50,955 nt of DNA from Fibrobacteria bacterium. Its GTDB lineage: Bacteria > Fibrobacterota > Fibrobacteria > UBA11236. A program made the translations under genes and the position numbers. The DNA lies in assembly GCA_043732185.1 (NCBI GenBank), contig JAYTHY010000128.1:1-50955 (forward strand), written 5' to 3'. Shown piece after piece: positions 41,001-49,796 of this stretch (positions are counted from its first letter, which is position 1; each line of letters opens with the position of its first letter). The notes beneath the pieces were generated by a model, which was not told where the DNA came from, searched no databases, and saw only the letters and a program-made list of their open reading frames with translations.

Positions 41001-44000
41001 TCAATTGCGGATGCAGTATCCTGGGTTTCTTGCTGCACATGGGCAAGTTGCAATTGGTAATCTTGGAAAGTGGGATCCAATCGCACGATGTTTCCTAGAA
41101 GGATATTTTTTGCCTGGATATTTCCAGTCTTGGTGTAGAGGTGGCACAGGGTATCAAGCAAGCCTAGGTTATTGCTTTCCTTGGACTCTCGAAGCAGGTA
41201 GAACGGTAAGGCTTTGGAGGGTTGTGAGGTGCGTACGTATGCTAGGGCGGCTTCGGGTATGAATTTTTCGGGTGATAAGGTTTCCGAATTGTACTTGTCC
41301 CACGCTTTGGCCGCCCCTCGGTAGTTTTCGTTATAGAAATAAGCCATGGCTAAGCCAAAGTACTCAATCCGGCTGGGCCCGTGGTCCTCAATGAATTGAT
41401 ACAGTTTGAGGTTGGTTTTGTAATCCTCAGGTGTAACCAGCGCCTGGGCATAGGTATGTGCAAAGCTGAGATTATTCGGCTGCAATTGATACGCTTTTTG
41501 GAAACAGGCAATGCCCTGATCTTCTGCCTGTAATTGATTTCGACATTGTCCGAGACGATACCAGGTATCGGCCGCATCTGGACGGGAGGCGACTACTTCC
41601 GTCCATAAACGGGCTGCTTGCCGCAAATTTTTACGGCTGAAATAAAATTCGGCAAGTTGGTTTTGATAATTGGCCCTTTGGGTGGTATCCAGACGTGCTA
41701 ATTTTTCCAATACTACGACATAGGTTACCCGTTGATCGGCACGAAGCGTGGAGATAAGCGGTAATAACATCCGGTAAGCGCGCACTTCATTGGGGTTTGT
41801 TGTCAGACAATTGCGAATATTTTGGATGGCCGCGACAGTGTCCTTGGTTTTGAGGTCTAGCTCCGCAAGTCGCAATTGGCCACCAGCATTGTCTTTGTCT
41901 ACAGCCAGAAGCAACTGTAGGCACTTTCTAATCAACGCTGGGTCGCGCTGGGTTTTTTCATAACATAAGATTTGAATTTGACGGATTTCCTTATCGAAGT
42001 CCAACTTCTTTTGGAAATACTTTTCCGTCAATTCACCTGCCAAGCCAAAATTCTGACCGTGATAGCATGCCAAGATTACATCCCGGATACCCAAGAGTTT
42101 CTTTGCGTCCATGCGATGGACGAGGGCATAGCTTTCAGCTGATTCTTGCCATTTTTCCTGTAAAGCATAGCCCTGACCTAACAGCATAAAAAGGTCAATG
42201 TTACCAGCATCCGATCGTGCTGTTTCCGGACGTCCTGCTATTTCTTGGAGCAGCTTGAAATGCTTTACTATTTGTTCATTAGTATGAATGGTCTTTGGTA
42301 AAAGTTTCTGATAGTTTTGATTGAGTGGGCTTTGATTCAATGCGGTGCTCAAATAAGCGTATGCTTTGTCCTTGTCCTGTTTTTGTATATAGAGTTTCGC
42401 GAGTTCGAATTGGGCTTCATGTGCGCTGGAGTCGATATTTTGAATTTCCGTTAGCACATCGGCCAAGTCCAACTTATTGCCTTTTCCTTTCATAAGGGTA
42501 ACGAGCCGGTCACGTATGGATTTGTCCTTAGGATTCAGGTAAAGAGCATTGCGATAGTGGTCGATGGCTTTGGAAAAATGGCCCAAGTCTTCCTGTAATT
42601 GGGCCAATTTCAGAATGAGGTCCGAATTTCCGGATTGCAAATGCACTAGGCCTTCCATGGCATCGGCTATCTGCGTCTTATCGGAAATGGGGTTCAAGGA
42701 TTCAATGAGGTATTGCCAGGGCTTCTCCTCATTCGGTTTCAGTTCGGACCAACGCTTAGCCCATTTCGCCTCTGTTTTCCGATCCCCAAGGGTTTTTGCA
42801 ATTTCAGCCGTTTTTTCCACCGCATTTTCGTTATCCGGTTGCTTGCCCAACAGTTTCAAAAAGGCTTCAAGGGCGGATGGATTATAGCCTAATGCGTTCC
42901 CCAGGTTTTCGAGCAGGACCAAATCTTGAGGAAAGCTTTCGCAACCGAATTTAAGGATAGGGATGAGGTTTGTGCCGTGATTCTCCTTGGAATACGTGTA
43001 CACCTTGTTAAAAACGTCACGATTGTTTCTTCTGACCGAGTACCAGGATAGATAAACACGGTCGGCTTCGCTTACCTTCTTTTGATGTGCATACAAATCG
43101 GCCAAAACCTCCAATAAATCGGAATTGGTTTCCGACTCCGAGACCAGAAATGGCGTTATAGGCGCAAGAAGTTCATACGCTTGTTTTGAATGGTATTCGA
43201 AAGCCAATAAGCGCTTGCCCTGGCGATAATCGGGATGAACTTTAACCAGTTCCTGCAATGCTTTGGTATCGCCGCTCCTTGCGAAATCCACTTCTGCGAG
43301 TTGGTAGCGATATGCAATGTCGGCATTTTTAATCTGTGTCAAATACCGTAGGGATTCGAGTAAGGAGGCAGTATCCTTTTGCTTTTCGGCTATATCTCGG
43401 AACGATTTTAGGGCGGCAACATCTACGGGATGATTCCTTGACCACTGCGAATAGAGGGATAAAGCTTCGGTCATTTGTCCCGCTTTGGTTTTTTCCCTTG
43501 CAAGGCGTAGAACATAATCGCCCATGCCCCTATCCTCATGAACAATGCGTTCTATAGCATTCATTTGACGATTGGAATCGCCTTCTTTGGCGTACACGTC
43601 TGCCAGGGTTGCCAGAAGGCTTACGTCATGGGGGTTGGCAGCCAACCGTTTTTCCAGAATGGATTTACCCTTTGCCAATTGTCCCGATCGTAAATACGCC
43701 ATAGCGGCGGTAGAATCCGAAAGTGCTGTTTCCGGAACTTGCGCAATCAACCCATCCCACTCCAATGCCGACGTGGTATAGCTTCCGTTTAGGTACAGGG
43801 AATGAGCCAGCTTTTGCTTTTCTTTTATATTCGGCGCGGCGTGGCGCAAAGCTTGGAAAACATCGAGATTGGCTTTCAGCTCTGATTCTGAATTGAGTAC
43901 GAATGCATAATCATGTGCGAAGTTGAGATTGCCGGGTTCCAATCGATATGCTTTTTCCAAAGCTGTCCCGGCATTTTCGCGTCCCAGTTTTATTTGGCCC

Positions 44001-46003
44001 AGACCCAAGCGATTCCAAAGTTGTGCGTCGTTTGGAAATACGGCTGTCAACTTTCCTAAAGCTTCCACGGCTTGCGCAAATTTTCCGGAGGCAAATTGAA
44101 AATATGCGGTTTTTAACTCGTATTGACTTTGATTTTTAGGCTCGAGTCTTTCCATATTGTCCATTACATTCAAGTACATCTCCCCGTCACTGGATTTGGC
44201 TGCCAATGGCTCCAGGAAGAGCAGTCCCGCCTTGTCATCGGGATGCATTTTGACCCAGGCATGTCCGTGCTTTATGGCGCCTGCCGTGTCCTTGGCTGCA
44301 AGGTCGTATTCAGCTAGACGCAAATACCATTTATCATCATAGGGTTCCAAAGTAACTAGCGCCTGGATGGCCGCACGGATACGTGCAGGCTTGGCCTTGG
44401 TTTCATAAAGCGAAGTTACGTGTATGCGCCGAATATCGACATCTTCAGAATCCGTTTTTAAAAAGAGTTCAGCCAAATTTCCGGCGATGGAGTAATTCTT
44501 TACTCCGAACACATCCAGGATGGGCTGACGGTGGTGTTCTAAAAGCTTGGGATTCAATTCCATCACTTTGGCATACATTTCTGCCGCCCGGGATTGATTG
44601 TGATAGAGGGAAAATCCTCTACCTACTAAGACCAATAATTCCGGAGTCGATTTGGGAGATAAGGCCAATTTCTGAAGCAAGGAAAAGTTTTTCAGAATCT
44701 GTGCGTCCGCCGTAATCAGGCTTGGCAGTAGCTGCGCGTAGTCTTCGTTGTCGTGGCTATTTTTTAAGGCTTTTTGCAAATATTTGTATGAGTTTACCGA
44801 ATCTTTGGCGGCTAGAAATATTTTTGCCAACTGAAATTGAAAGACATGGTCTTGGGAGTTTTTCTTTTCGTTTTTCACCATTGCTTCAAGCCAGGGATCC
44901 GGGGATTTGCTGTCTGAAACTAAAGCCAGCATGCGCGCCTTTGCGACTGCATGGGTTGGATTGATTTCCAGAGCCGCTTGGTACGCCTCCATTGCCAAGT
45001 CTGGATGTTTTAGTACTTCCTGTAGATGTGCGATTTCCAAAGGAATTTCAAAGTCCTTTGGCGCCAACGTACGGCAAACTTCGTAATACAGTATGGCTTT
45101 TTCCATATCGGTCTTAGCCAATAGTCCCGCCAAATGGCGGTTGAATTTTACATCCTGCGAATATTTAGGGGCCACCGCTAAGAAAATTGACATAGCTTTT
45201 TTTATCTCGCCGCGGTTTTCATACATGTTGGCCAAACCAAGGGCAGCAGCGAAATCCTGCGGATTGAGTTTCAGATATTCTGATCGCAATTCCGTGGCGC
45301 GGAGATTGGTCTCTCCCAGTAAAGTGGAGATTTCTAATAAATATTTTCCTTCTTCGACTGTGCCTTTACTCTTTTTCAATAACGGCTCCAACACGGAAAG
45401 GAGTTTTTCTTTTTGAAGCGGCCTGCGGTAACATTCCGCCAAAAATTCCAATCCGTCAAATGGGTTAACTGCGTCTGTACCAACGTATCGGCCGCGGTAC
45501 GCCTCCCATTCCTTTAATGCCTCGGACCTGGACCCACCGAGAGACAATGCTTGGCAGAACTTATTCCAATCCGCTCGGATTTTTCGCACATCTGCGATTC
45601 TATGGAAGTAACTCAGTGCTTTTCGGTATTCCTTGATTTCAAAAAGACTGATGGCAATGAGACGGTTGTCCGCATTGCTGGGTTGCGGAAGCTTCAATAA
45701 GAAACGGCGAGCTTGATCGAACTTGCCCGCCTGAAAATTTAGGATGCCGGCGGCTTTGAGCCAGGATTCTTCCCCTGGATTCCTGGCAATGTGGTTTTCG
45801 AGGTCCACTAGAAAATCTGCGGTATCCATGCCAATGGCATTGCCATGAATAATTTTGTCCACCGTAGTTTGCAATTGTTTTTCTGGATTTTTATCGATGG
45901 CCAGTACCCTTTCCGGGCTACCCAAAACCAGCCAAGTCAGGACGCACCAAAAAAAGGAATGAAAAAAGCCAACCCGGCTCCGCAAGAATGGAAAATTCGA
46001 CAT
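38048..46003 (-). CDS. Giant tetratricopeptide-repeat protein (~2650 aa) with N-terminal signal
   Basis: Repeating TPR-type helices throughout (e.g. AMEAYQAALEINP, AIDHYRNALYLNP, LEDYKRALKLNP). An AGGGGAG RBS precedes ATG 46003. Confidence 0.88.
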   Translation of the reverse strand: MSNFPFLRSRVGFFHSFFWCVLTWLVLGSPERVLAIDKNPEKQLQTTVDKIIHGNAIGMDTADFLVDLENHIARNPGEESWLKAAGILNFQAGKFDQARRFLLKLPQPSNADNRLIAISLFEIKEYRKALSYFHRIADVRKIRADWNKFCQALSLGGSRSEALKEWEAYRGRYVGTDAVNPFDGLEFLAECYRRPLQKEKLLSVLEPLLKKSKGTVEEGKYLLEISTLLGETNLRATELRSEYLKLNPQDFAAALGLANMYENRGEIKKAMSIFLAVAPKYSQDVKFNRHLAGLLAKTDMEKAILYYEVCRTLAPKDFEIPLEIAHLQEVLKHPDLAMEAYQAALEINPTHAVAKARMLALVSDSKSPDPWLEAMVKNEKKNSQDHVFQFQLAKIFLAAKDSVNSYKYLQKALKNSHDNEDYAQLLPSLITADAQILKNFSLLQKLALSPKSTPELLVLVGRGFSLYHNQSRAAEMYAKVMELNPKLLEHHRQPILDVFGVKNYSIAGNLAELFLKTDSEDVDIRRIHVTSLYETKAKPARIRAAIQALVTLEPYDDKWYLRLAEYDLAAKDTAGAIKHGHAWVKMHPDDKAGLLFLEPLAAKSSDGEMYLNVMDNMERLEPKNQSQYELKTAYFQFASGKFAQAVEALGKLTAVFPNDAQLWNRLGLGQIKLGRENAGTALEKAYRLEPGNLNFAHDYAFVLNSESELKANLDVFQALRHAAPNIKEKQKLAHSLYLNGSYTTSALEWDGLIAQVPETALSDSTAAMAYLRSGQLAKGKSILEKRLAANPHDVSLLATLADVYAKEGDSNRQMNAIERIVHEDRGMGDYVLRLAREKTKAGQMTEALSLYSQWSRNHPVDVAALKSFRDIAEKQKDTASLLESLRYLTQIKNADIAYRYQLAEVDFARSGDTKALQELVKVHPDYRQGKRLLAFEYHSKQAYELLAPITPFLVSESETNSDLLEVLADLYAHQKKVSEADRVYLSWYSVRRNNRDVFNKVYTYSKENHGTNLIPILKFGCESFPQDLVLLENLGNALGYNPSALEAFLKLLGKQPDNENAVEKTAEIAKTLGDRKTEAKWAKRWSELKPNEEKPWQYLIESLNPISDKTQIADAMEGLVHLQSGNSDLILKLAQLQEDLGHFSKAIDHYRNALYLNPKDKSIRDRLVTLMKGKGNKLDLADVLTEIQNIDSSAHEAQFELAKLYIQKQDKDKAYAYLSTALNQSPLNQNYQKLLPKTIHTNEQIVKHFKLLQEIAGRPETARSDAGNIDLFMLLGQGYALQEKWQESAESYALVHRMDAKKLLGIRDVILACYHGQNFGLAGELTEKYFQKKLDFDKEIRQIQILCYEKTQRDPALIRKCLQLLLAVDKDNAGGQLRLAELDLKTKDTVAAIQNIRNCLTTNPNEVRAYRMLLPLISTLRADQRVTYVVVLEKLARLDTTQRANYQNQLAEFYFSRKNLRQAARLWTEVVASRPDAADTWYRLGQCRNQLQAEDQGIACFQKAYQLQPNNLSFAHTYAQALVTPEDYKTNLKLYQFIEDHGPSRIEYFGLAMAYFYNENYRGAAKAWDKYNSETLSPEKFIPEAALAYVRTSQPSKALPFYLLRESKESNNLGLLDTLCHLYTKTGNIQAKNILLGNIVRLDPTFQDYQLQLAHVQQETQDTASAIDNFGQWSARHPEDINALKALHRLAQGEKDTAALENALTLLVQLKDPEVEYTLQLAELKFKFTGDTRELEKMVKLHSNYQRGRVILAKEFFRRYDMPNMIPFEKALAEECRKDPDLLGMIAELYAYQNKKDQANQAFRNNLIYRMKAATTGSPTDQSNQRQAFDKAWLYADANKSPYLTEVLKIGNKGFPGETPIQIALATALGKDPEALALYKQILDKDPNDFAALRSGAELAVSLGRPAEAIAWLEKWSTLEPGSTHAWKLLVDAYERVKDMPKAADAKEHLMMLSPTDASLAFDAAKTFLQIKNYEKALELFIRASELKPKDQAYAIEVKDLLNVMAEAYLHQGEISRAVDIFGLLLQKEPKHQKANLYVGMWLAENRDYVTAENLLKLGMDQSPESNTILSKAWRLFGDCQSARGESRASLEDYKRALKLNPLDKLAATSRLEMTRTLNLVAELSSALSDVVNLDSANADACLALAEIQLKVSDFNAASALYRQVLKIKKTDPETWGQYGEALEGAKRNKEALSAWDSAYALGDRNPYILHGLARLHKAAGELDRAKNALEDLVVLQPENDEASAWLAELAMNMDQLDKAEEMYVQAAQADPNKIEYTQGLAEVYLRRGDAESVLEILEPVRGRLTADGRLVYADGLRLAGKSENALAVYLEAYKTKPSVRALCGLANAHLDRNKPLEAKQLIETSQFQSDPEIRLRLGQTFLAMHESDKAARILQSLVKENPANPFFLLSLAQVHAEQKNNPLALKEFLAVLQLRADLAPAAFGAGMLLLSNGLLKEARTYFFTLGQSLAKPDRALGLQGLAAASEAEKKPGEAVEYLEQAAEVYPTASALAKLSMLCLKLGRIKPAEEWAQKSLEANEDFTEGIIALAEAMLAQSQNEGARDYLKEAIVRNPKSCELQLEFSKVLVAMENFQDIASNNNPVLSLCPDEALSYYYAGVGADRAYQKKKAEEYFRSYKKLGGDLSSLPKGY

Positions 46004-46170
46004 ATTTACTCCCCTAATGGTGGGCATATCAATGAGGTAAAGCGCTCTTTAGATCAATCGATTAATTATCTCACCGAAGTATGGGATGTCAAGATCCCCT
46101 TGGGCCAACATCGGTGTCAATGGGTGGTCAATTATTTGTGAAATCAGGGTTCTTTTTGGGTTACGGTGAC

Positions 46171-46200
46171 TTGTAACTTGATTCTAGGCAGGGCTATAAT
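46171..46200 (+). promoter_or_regulatory. Putative sigma70 promoter
   Basis: TTGTAA-N18-TATAAT, followed by an AGGGGG RBS and ATG 46216. Confidence 0.55.
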
Positions 46201-46215
46201 AAAAAGGGGGTTTTC

Positions 46216-46446
46216 ATGGAAACGGTCTTTGATCACGACCCCAGTCAGGAGGAGTTGAAGTATCTCTTTCTTTCCGGAAAAACTCAGGCCGAATACCTGT
46301 CTTCGCATCAGGATCAGGAAACAGAATATGGAAACATCTACGCCTTGTATATGATCCGCGGCAATCGAGAGAGGGCCTTGCATTATTTGAATCGAATCCG
46401 GGATCCCAAGGAAACGTTCAACTCCAAGCCGCCGGAACCGATTTAA
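46216..46446 (+). CDS. Small hypothetical protein (76 aa)
   Basis: Has a promoter and RBS, protein-like composition, and fills an intergenic gap. Confidence 0.65.
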   Translation: METVFDHDPSQEELKYLFLSGKTQAEYLSSHQDQETEYGNIYALYMIRGNRERALHYLNRIRDPKETFNSKPPEPI

Positions 46447-46478
46447 CTTAAGGAAAAGATGAATAACGGAAAGCCTTT

Positions 46479-47258
46479 ATGCTGACGCTAATGGACACCC
46501 CTCCATTTTTGGAGGAGATGGAAAGGAAAGCCAAACAGTTGGCTCAAGCTTTGGTCAAAGCTTTTCGTGGTAAAGGCCGAATTCAATTGCTGACCAAGGA
46601 ATCGGAACTCTTGTCCGTTTCCCCGTCCTCTTTGATTTATATCATCAATGGTGTTTTCCGTTGCCAACACGGGGAAAAGACCATACGCATGTATTCGACT
46701 GGGGATTTTCTGCTAGCGCCCGGTTTAGGTGAATCAGATGGAATCAGCATCACCAGCGAATTCGGTTCCGAAATTGAAGTCGTGACGGAAAACGATTTCC
46801 TCAATCAATTGACGGCGGATAGAACGCTTTTGGCCAACTGGTTGGGGTATCAAAATTTGGAAATGCGAATAGGACATTTGCTTTGTTCCCTTTACATAAC
46901 AGATGAGCTAAAAGTTCACCCGGAAATCCGCCAGTATGCAAGTGGAGATGTGATTATCAACGAAGAGGAAGAGTCACAGGAAATTTACGAAATGATCTCG
47001 GGTACCGCATCCGTTTCCTCGCGTGGCGTCGACTTGGCTACCGTCAAGACTGGGGAGGTATTCGGTGAACTGAGTTTTTTTACCGGCCTTAAAAGAACAG
47101 CTACAGTTACCGCTTCAGAGCCTTGCCTATTGCAGGTTATCGATCAAAGGCAGTTCCTAAGAATTATGAAATATCGTCCGACTTTGGTTGAGGGAATGAT
47201 TCGCACGTTATGTCATCGTTTGGTGGATCTCAACTTGCGCTTGATTCCACCCAAATAA
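46479..47258 (+). CDS. Cyclic nucleotide-binding domain protein (tandem cNMP-like domains, no HTH)
   Basis: C-terminal GEVFGELSF...RTATV phosphate-binding cassette, with a degenerate N-terminal copy (IYIINGVF...GDFL). Confidence 0.82.
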   Translation: MLTLMDTPPFLEEMERKAKQLAQALVKAFRGKGRIQLLTKESELLSVSPSSLIYIINGVFRCQHGEKTIRMYSTGDFLLAPGLGESDGISITSEFGSEIEVVTENDFLNQLTADRTLLANWLGYQNLEMRIGHLLCSLYITDELKVHPEIRQYASGDVIINEEEESQEIYEMISGTASVSSRGVDLATVKTGEVFGELSFFTGLKRTATVTASEPCLLQVIDQRQFLRIMKYRPTLVEGMIRTLCHRLVDLNLRLIPPK

Positions 47259-47292
47259 TCCTAGGGTCCGCAAACAGGCACTCGCCATTTCC

Positions 47293-48669
47293 TCAGGGAA
47301 TCGTTTCCATTAGAACACCTCTTCCCAAGGCATCCCAAATCACGTGTAGGTGTTTGTCGTCGCGGGTTTTAACGGTAACGTCCATTCCTGTATGTGACAA
47401 TTTGCCTTCGACTTGCACCGACGAATGATCGGTATAGTCGACATGCATGTTTAGGGTGCCACTTTGGGGTTGCTGGCCTGAGGGAATGGCGAAGTCGGAA
47501 TTAAAAATAAACCGAGCTGATTTCTCCTCGCCAAGCTTCTTCTGGGAATGAATATCCATGGCATAGATGCTATCGTCGCTTTTATTGTTGAGATCCCCGC
47601 CGACATTCATGGACAGCACTATATCCAATGTGTCTAAAGTGTCTTGTGCTGTTGTGCCGATGATAAGAAAATGTGCCTTGAGTTTGGACTGAAGATTGAA
47701 ATCCGGGCTGCCGCTCAAGTTTAATAGATCCGAACTGGAAATTCGGCCATCCACGGTTTTTAAATCAAAGTGAACGCGTTTGGTTTCCTGAACCGCTGCA
47801 CCATAAATGATGTTCAAGCGCAGCCGTGCCTTGGACCACTGGGCATCCGGATGATCCTTTGTCGGCCCTTTTTCATACAGTACAAGATCAACAAGCGAAG
47901 CTTTGTGATTGTCGATTACGGAACCGTCATTATCTGCGTCTTCATATGTGGCTGTGGCCAAGGTGTCCGTACCCAGGAGTTGGATTTTTGTCCAAGCAAC
48001 CTCAAAAATGATATTGTCCGGTTCCGTATCAAAACTGTTATCCGGTCCTGGACCCACTACCAGTATGGTTTTTTCAACTACGCCATTAAAGGCCGTGGAC
48101 AGGACAAATCGCGCTTTAGATTTTCCTGTGGGCGAGGGATTCACAACCCCATCGCCATCCGCATCGGAAATGTCTGCTCTATCCACGCGGCCACTGCCGT
48201 AAGTGGAAACGCTGCTGGCCTGGATGATACTGCCTTTTCCCGCGCCCGAATCGATGCATATGGTAGTGGAGTTGACTGTGGTTTTAAGTGGAGTAATGAT
48301 GGTGGTGTCAAATTTAATGGTGACCTGGCACTGGAGGGCAAAAATCAAAGCCGGGAATTGAAATACCGGCATGGTTGCTTGGAAGGCCGCTGAAGCTTTG
48401 GCCATGGCCCCGGTACCCGCACCTGCACTGCTGTTAGGAGCAAGATGAAAGGCTTGCAACCCCAAAATACTGTCAGCCACGGACGGCACCTGCCCGATGT
48501 CCTCTGACTGCTTGGTTTCGCTGAGATAGGTTCTGACTTGGGCGTTGATGCTATTGGGAAAATCATCTACGCCTACCCGCCGCTCATCCGGTTTAAAGCA
48601 ACCAGTTAATATTCCAATTGATGTCACGCCCATCAAAACAGTCATTGGCCAAGTGATTATCCTACGCAT
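47293..48669 (-). CDS. Uncharacterised lipoprotein with DxDxDG motifs (paralog of 31412-32797)
   Basis: MRR...ILTGC lipobox with DADGDG and DADNDG motifs. The ATG lies 1 nt after the upstream stop. Confidence 0.82.
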   Translation of the reverse strand: MRRIITWPMTVLMGVTSIGILTGCFKPDERRVGVDDFPNSINAQVRTYLSETKQSEDIGQVPSVADSILGLQAFHLAPNSSAGAGTGAMAKASAAFQATMPVFQFPALIFALQCQVTIKFDTTIITPLKTTVNSTTICIDSGAGKGSIIQASSVSTYGSGRVDRADISDADGDGVVNPSPTGKSKARFVLSTAFNGVVEKTILVVGPGPDNSFDTEPDNIIFEVAWTKIQLLGTDTLATATYEDADNDGSVIDNHKASLVDLVLYEKGPTKDHPDAQWSKARLRLNIIYGAAVQETKRVHFDLKTVDGRISSSDLLNLSGSPDFNLQSKLKAHFLIIGTTAQDTLDTLDIVLSMNVGGDLNNKSDDSIYAMDIHSQKKLGEEKSARFIFNSDFAIPSGQQPQSGTLNMHVDYTDHSSVQVEGKLSHTGMDVTVKTRDDKHLHVIWDALGRGVLMETIP

Positions 48670-48670
48670 G

Positions 48671-49510
48671 TTACTTCTGCTCCTTGACGTGGGTGCGAGG
48701 AAAATACTGGACGTTGAATTGCATAACCCGATCGGGTTTGTTCTCGTTTTTGGCAAGATTGAAAACATCCTCGCGGAATTTTTCGATCCGTTTCTGGATT
48801 TCCGCATAGGTTTCTGCGCTTACAGTGAGCAGTCCAGAAGATATATGCCGTTCCTCTTTGGGAAAAGCAAACAATGCATCGGCAGCCTGCACCACCCATT
48901 CCCGATTGAGTCTTTTCACCAGGTCTCCCATCGAAGCTGCCGGCTCTTGGTTCTTGAAGGCGGGGTGATATCGTCCGTCTTTGTCCTGTTTGAGCAACTC
49001 CCATTCGCAAAGTTCGCGCACGCATTTTTTCAAGAGGGCCACGGGAATCGCCGGCCGGATGAAGCGCGCCAAGTCTTCATAGTTGCCGCGGAAATCGTAA
49101 ACTTGGATGGCAGAACGGATCAAAGGATAGTGATAGTCTTGATAATATTTGCTATTGGTAGGATTGAGCCGCACAAAGTTGCTGCGGTTGCGTCGGAAAA
49201 GCATTTGCTCGTACAATTCCTGGCGCTCGGCGGGGCGTTTGCTTTGCCCATAGGCAACCAGGAGTCGAAAGTAATCGGCCTCCGTTGATTTGAGTCCAAA
49301 TACGACGATTAGTTTTGTGGCCGCAGAATCGCTGAGTGTTCGCTTGCCTTTTACGACGTCGTTGAAATAACCAGGATTGGTGAAACCGGCATCCGCCGCA
49401 AGCTTGCGATGCGTGTACTTGCCTTTATCTGTAGGCTGAGGGGCACGGCGTTTTTCCTCGAAAGACTCTTCCAAGAACTTGCGGAAATCCTCGTATTGGT
49501 AAACGTCCAT
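48671..49510 (-). CDS. TIGR02147-family protein (putative HTH regulator with DUF4423-like C-terminus)
   Basis: MDVYQYEDFRKFL...YTHRKLAADAGFTNPGYFNDVVKGKRTLS...EADYFRLLV...EERHISS...VMQFNVQYFP. Typical ~280-aa length and an AAAGGA RBS. Confidence 0.85.
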   Translation of the reverse strand: MDVYQYEDFRKFLEESFEEKRRAPQPTDKGKYTHRKLAADAGFTNPGYFNDVVKGKRTLSDSAATKLIVVFGLKSTEADYFRLLVAYGQSKRPAERQELYEQMLFRRNRSNFVRLNPTNSKYYQDYHYPLIRSAIQVYDFRGNYEDLARFIRPAIPVALLKKCVRELCEWELLKQDKDGRYHPAFKNQEPAASMGDLVKRLNREWVVQAADALFAFPKEERHISSGLLTVSAETYAEIQKRIEKFREDVFNLAKNENKPDRVMQFNVQYFPRTHVKEQK

Positions 49511-49593
49511 GACCGTCCTTTAAAAATTTACCCAGCGCTTGGACTGGTAAGGGCTTGAACATCGTTCCGTTTAAGTCGTTTGCTCTGTGGAAA

Positions 49594-49649
49594 AGTATAC
49601 TCATCCTCCCACAAAATGGAAAGTAAATAATAAATAAAGATTACAAAAA
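49594..49649 (-). promoter_or_regulatory. Putative sigma70-like promoter plus conserved upstream element
   Basis: Minus strand TTTCCA-N17-TATACT. The element at 49620-49649 is shared with 32873-32902. Confidence 0.5.
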
Positions 49650-49796
49650 TTGAAATAATTGGCGATAAATTGATAAAATATGGATTTATGTAGAATTATA
49701 TTAAAATATACTAATTACAATTTGGGCAGCTTTCCATAAAGGCGCAGCAGCTATTTCAGGACTCCAAGACAACCTTATGAAGCACGCGAAAATTTT

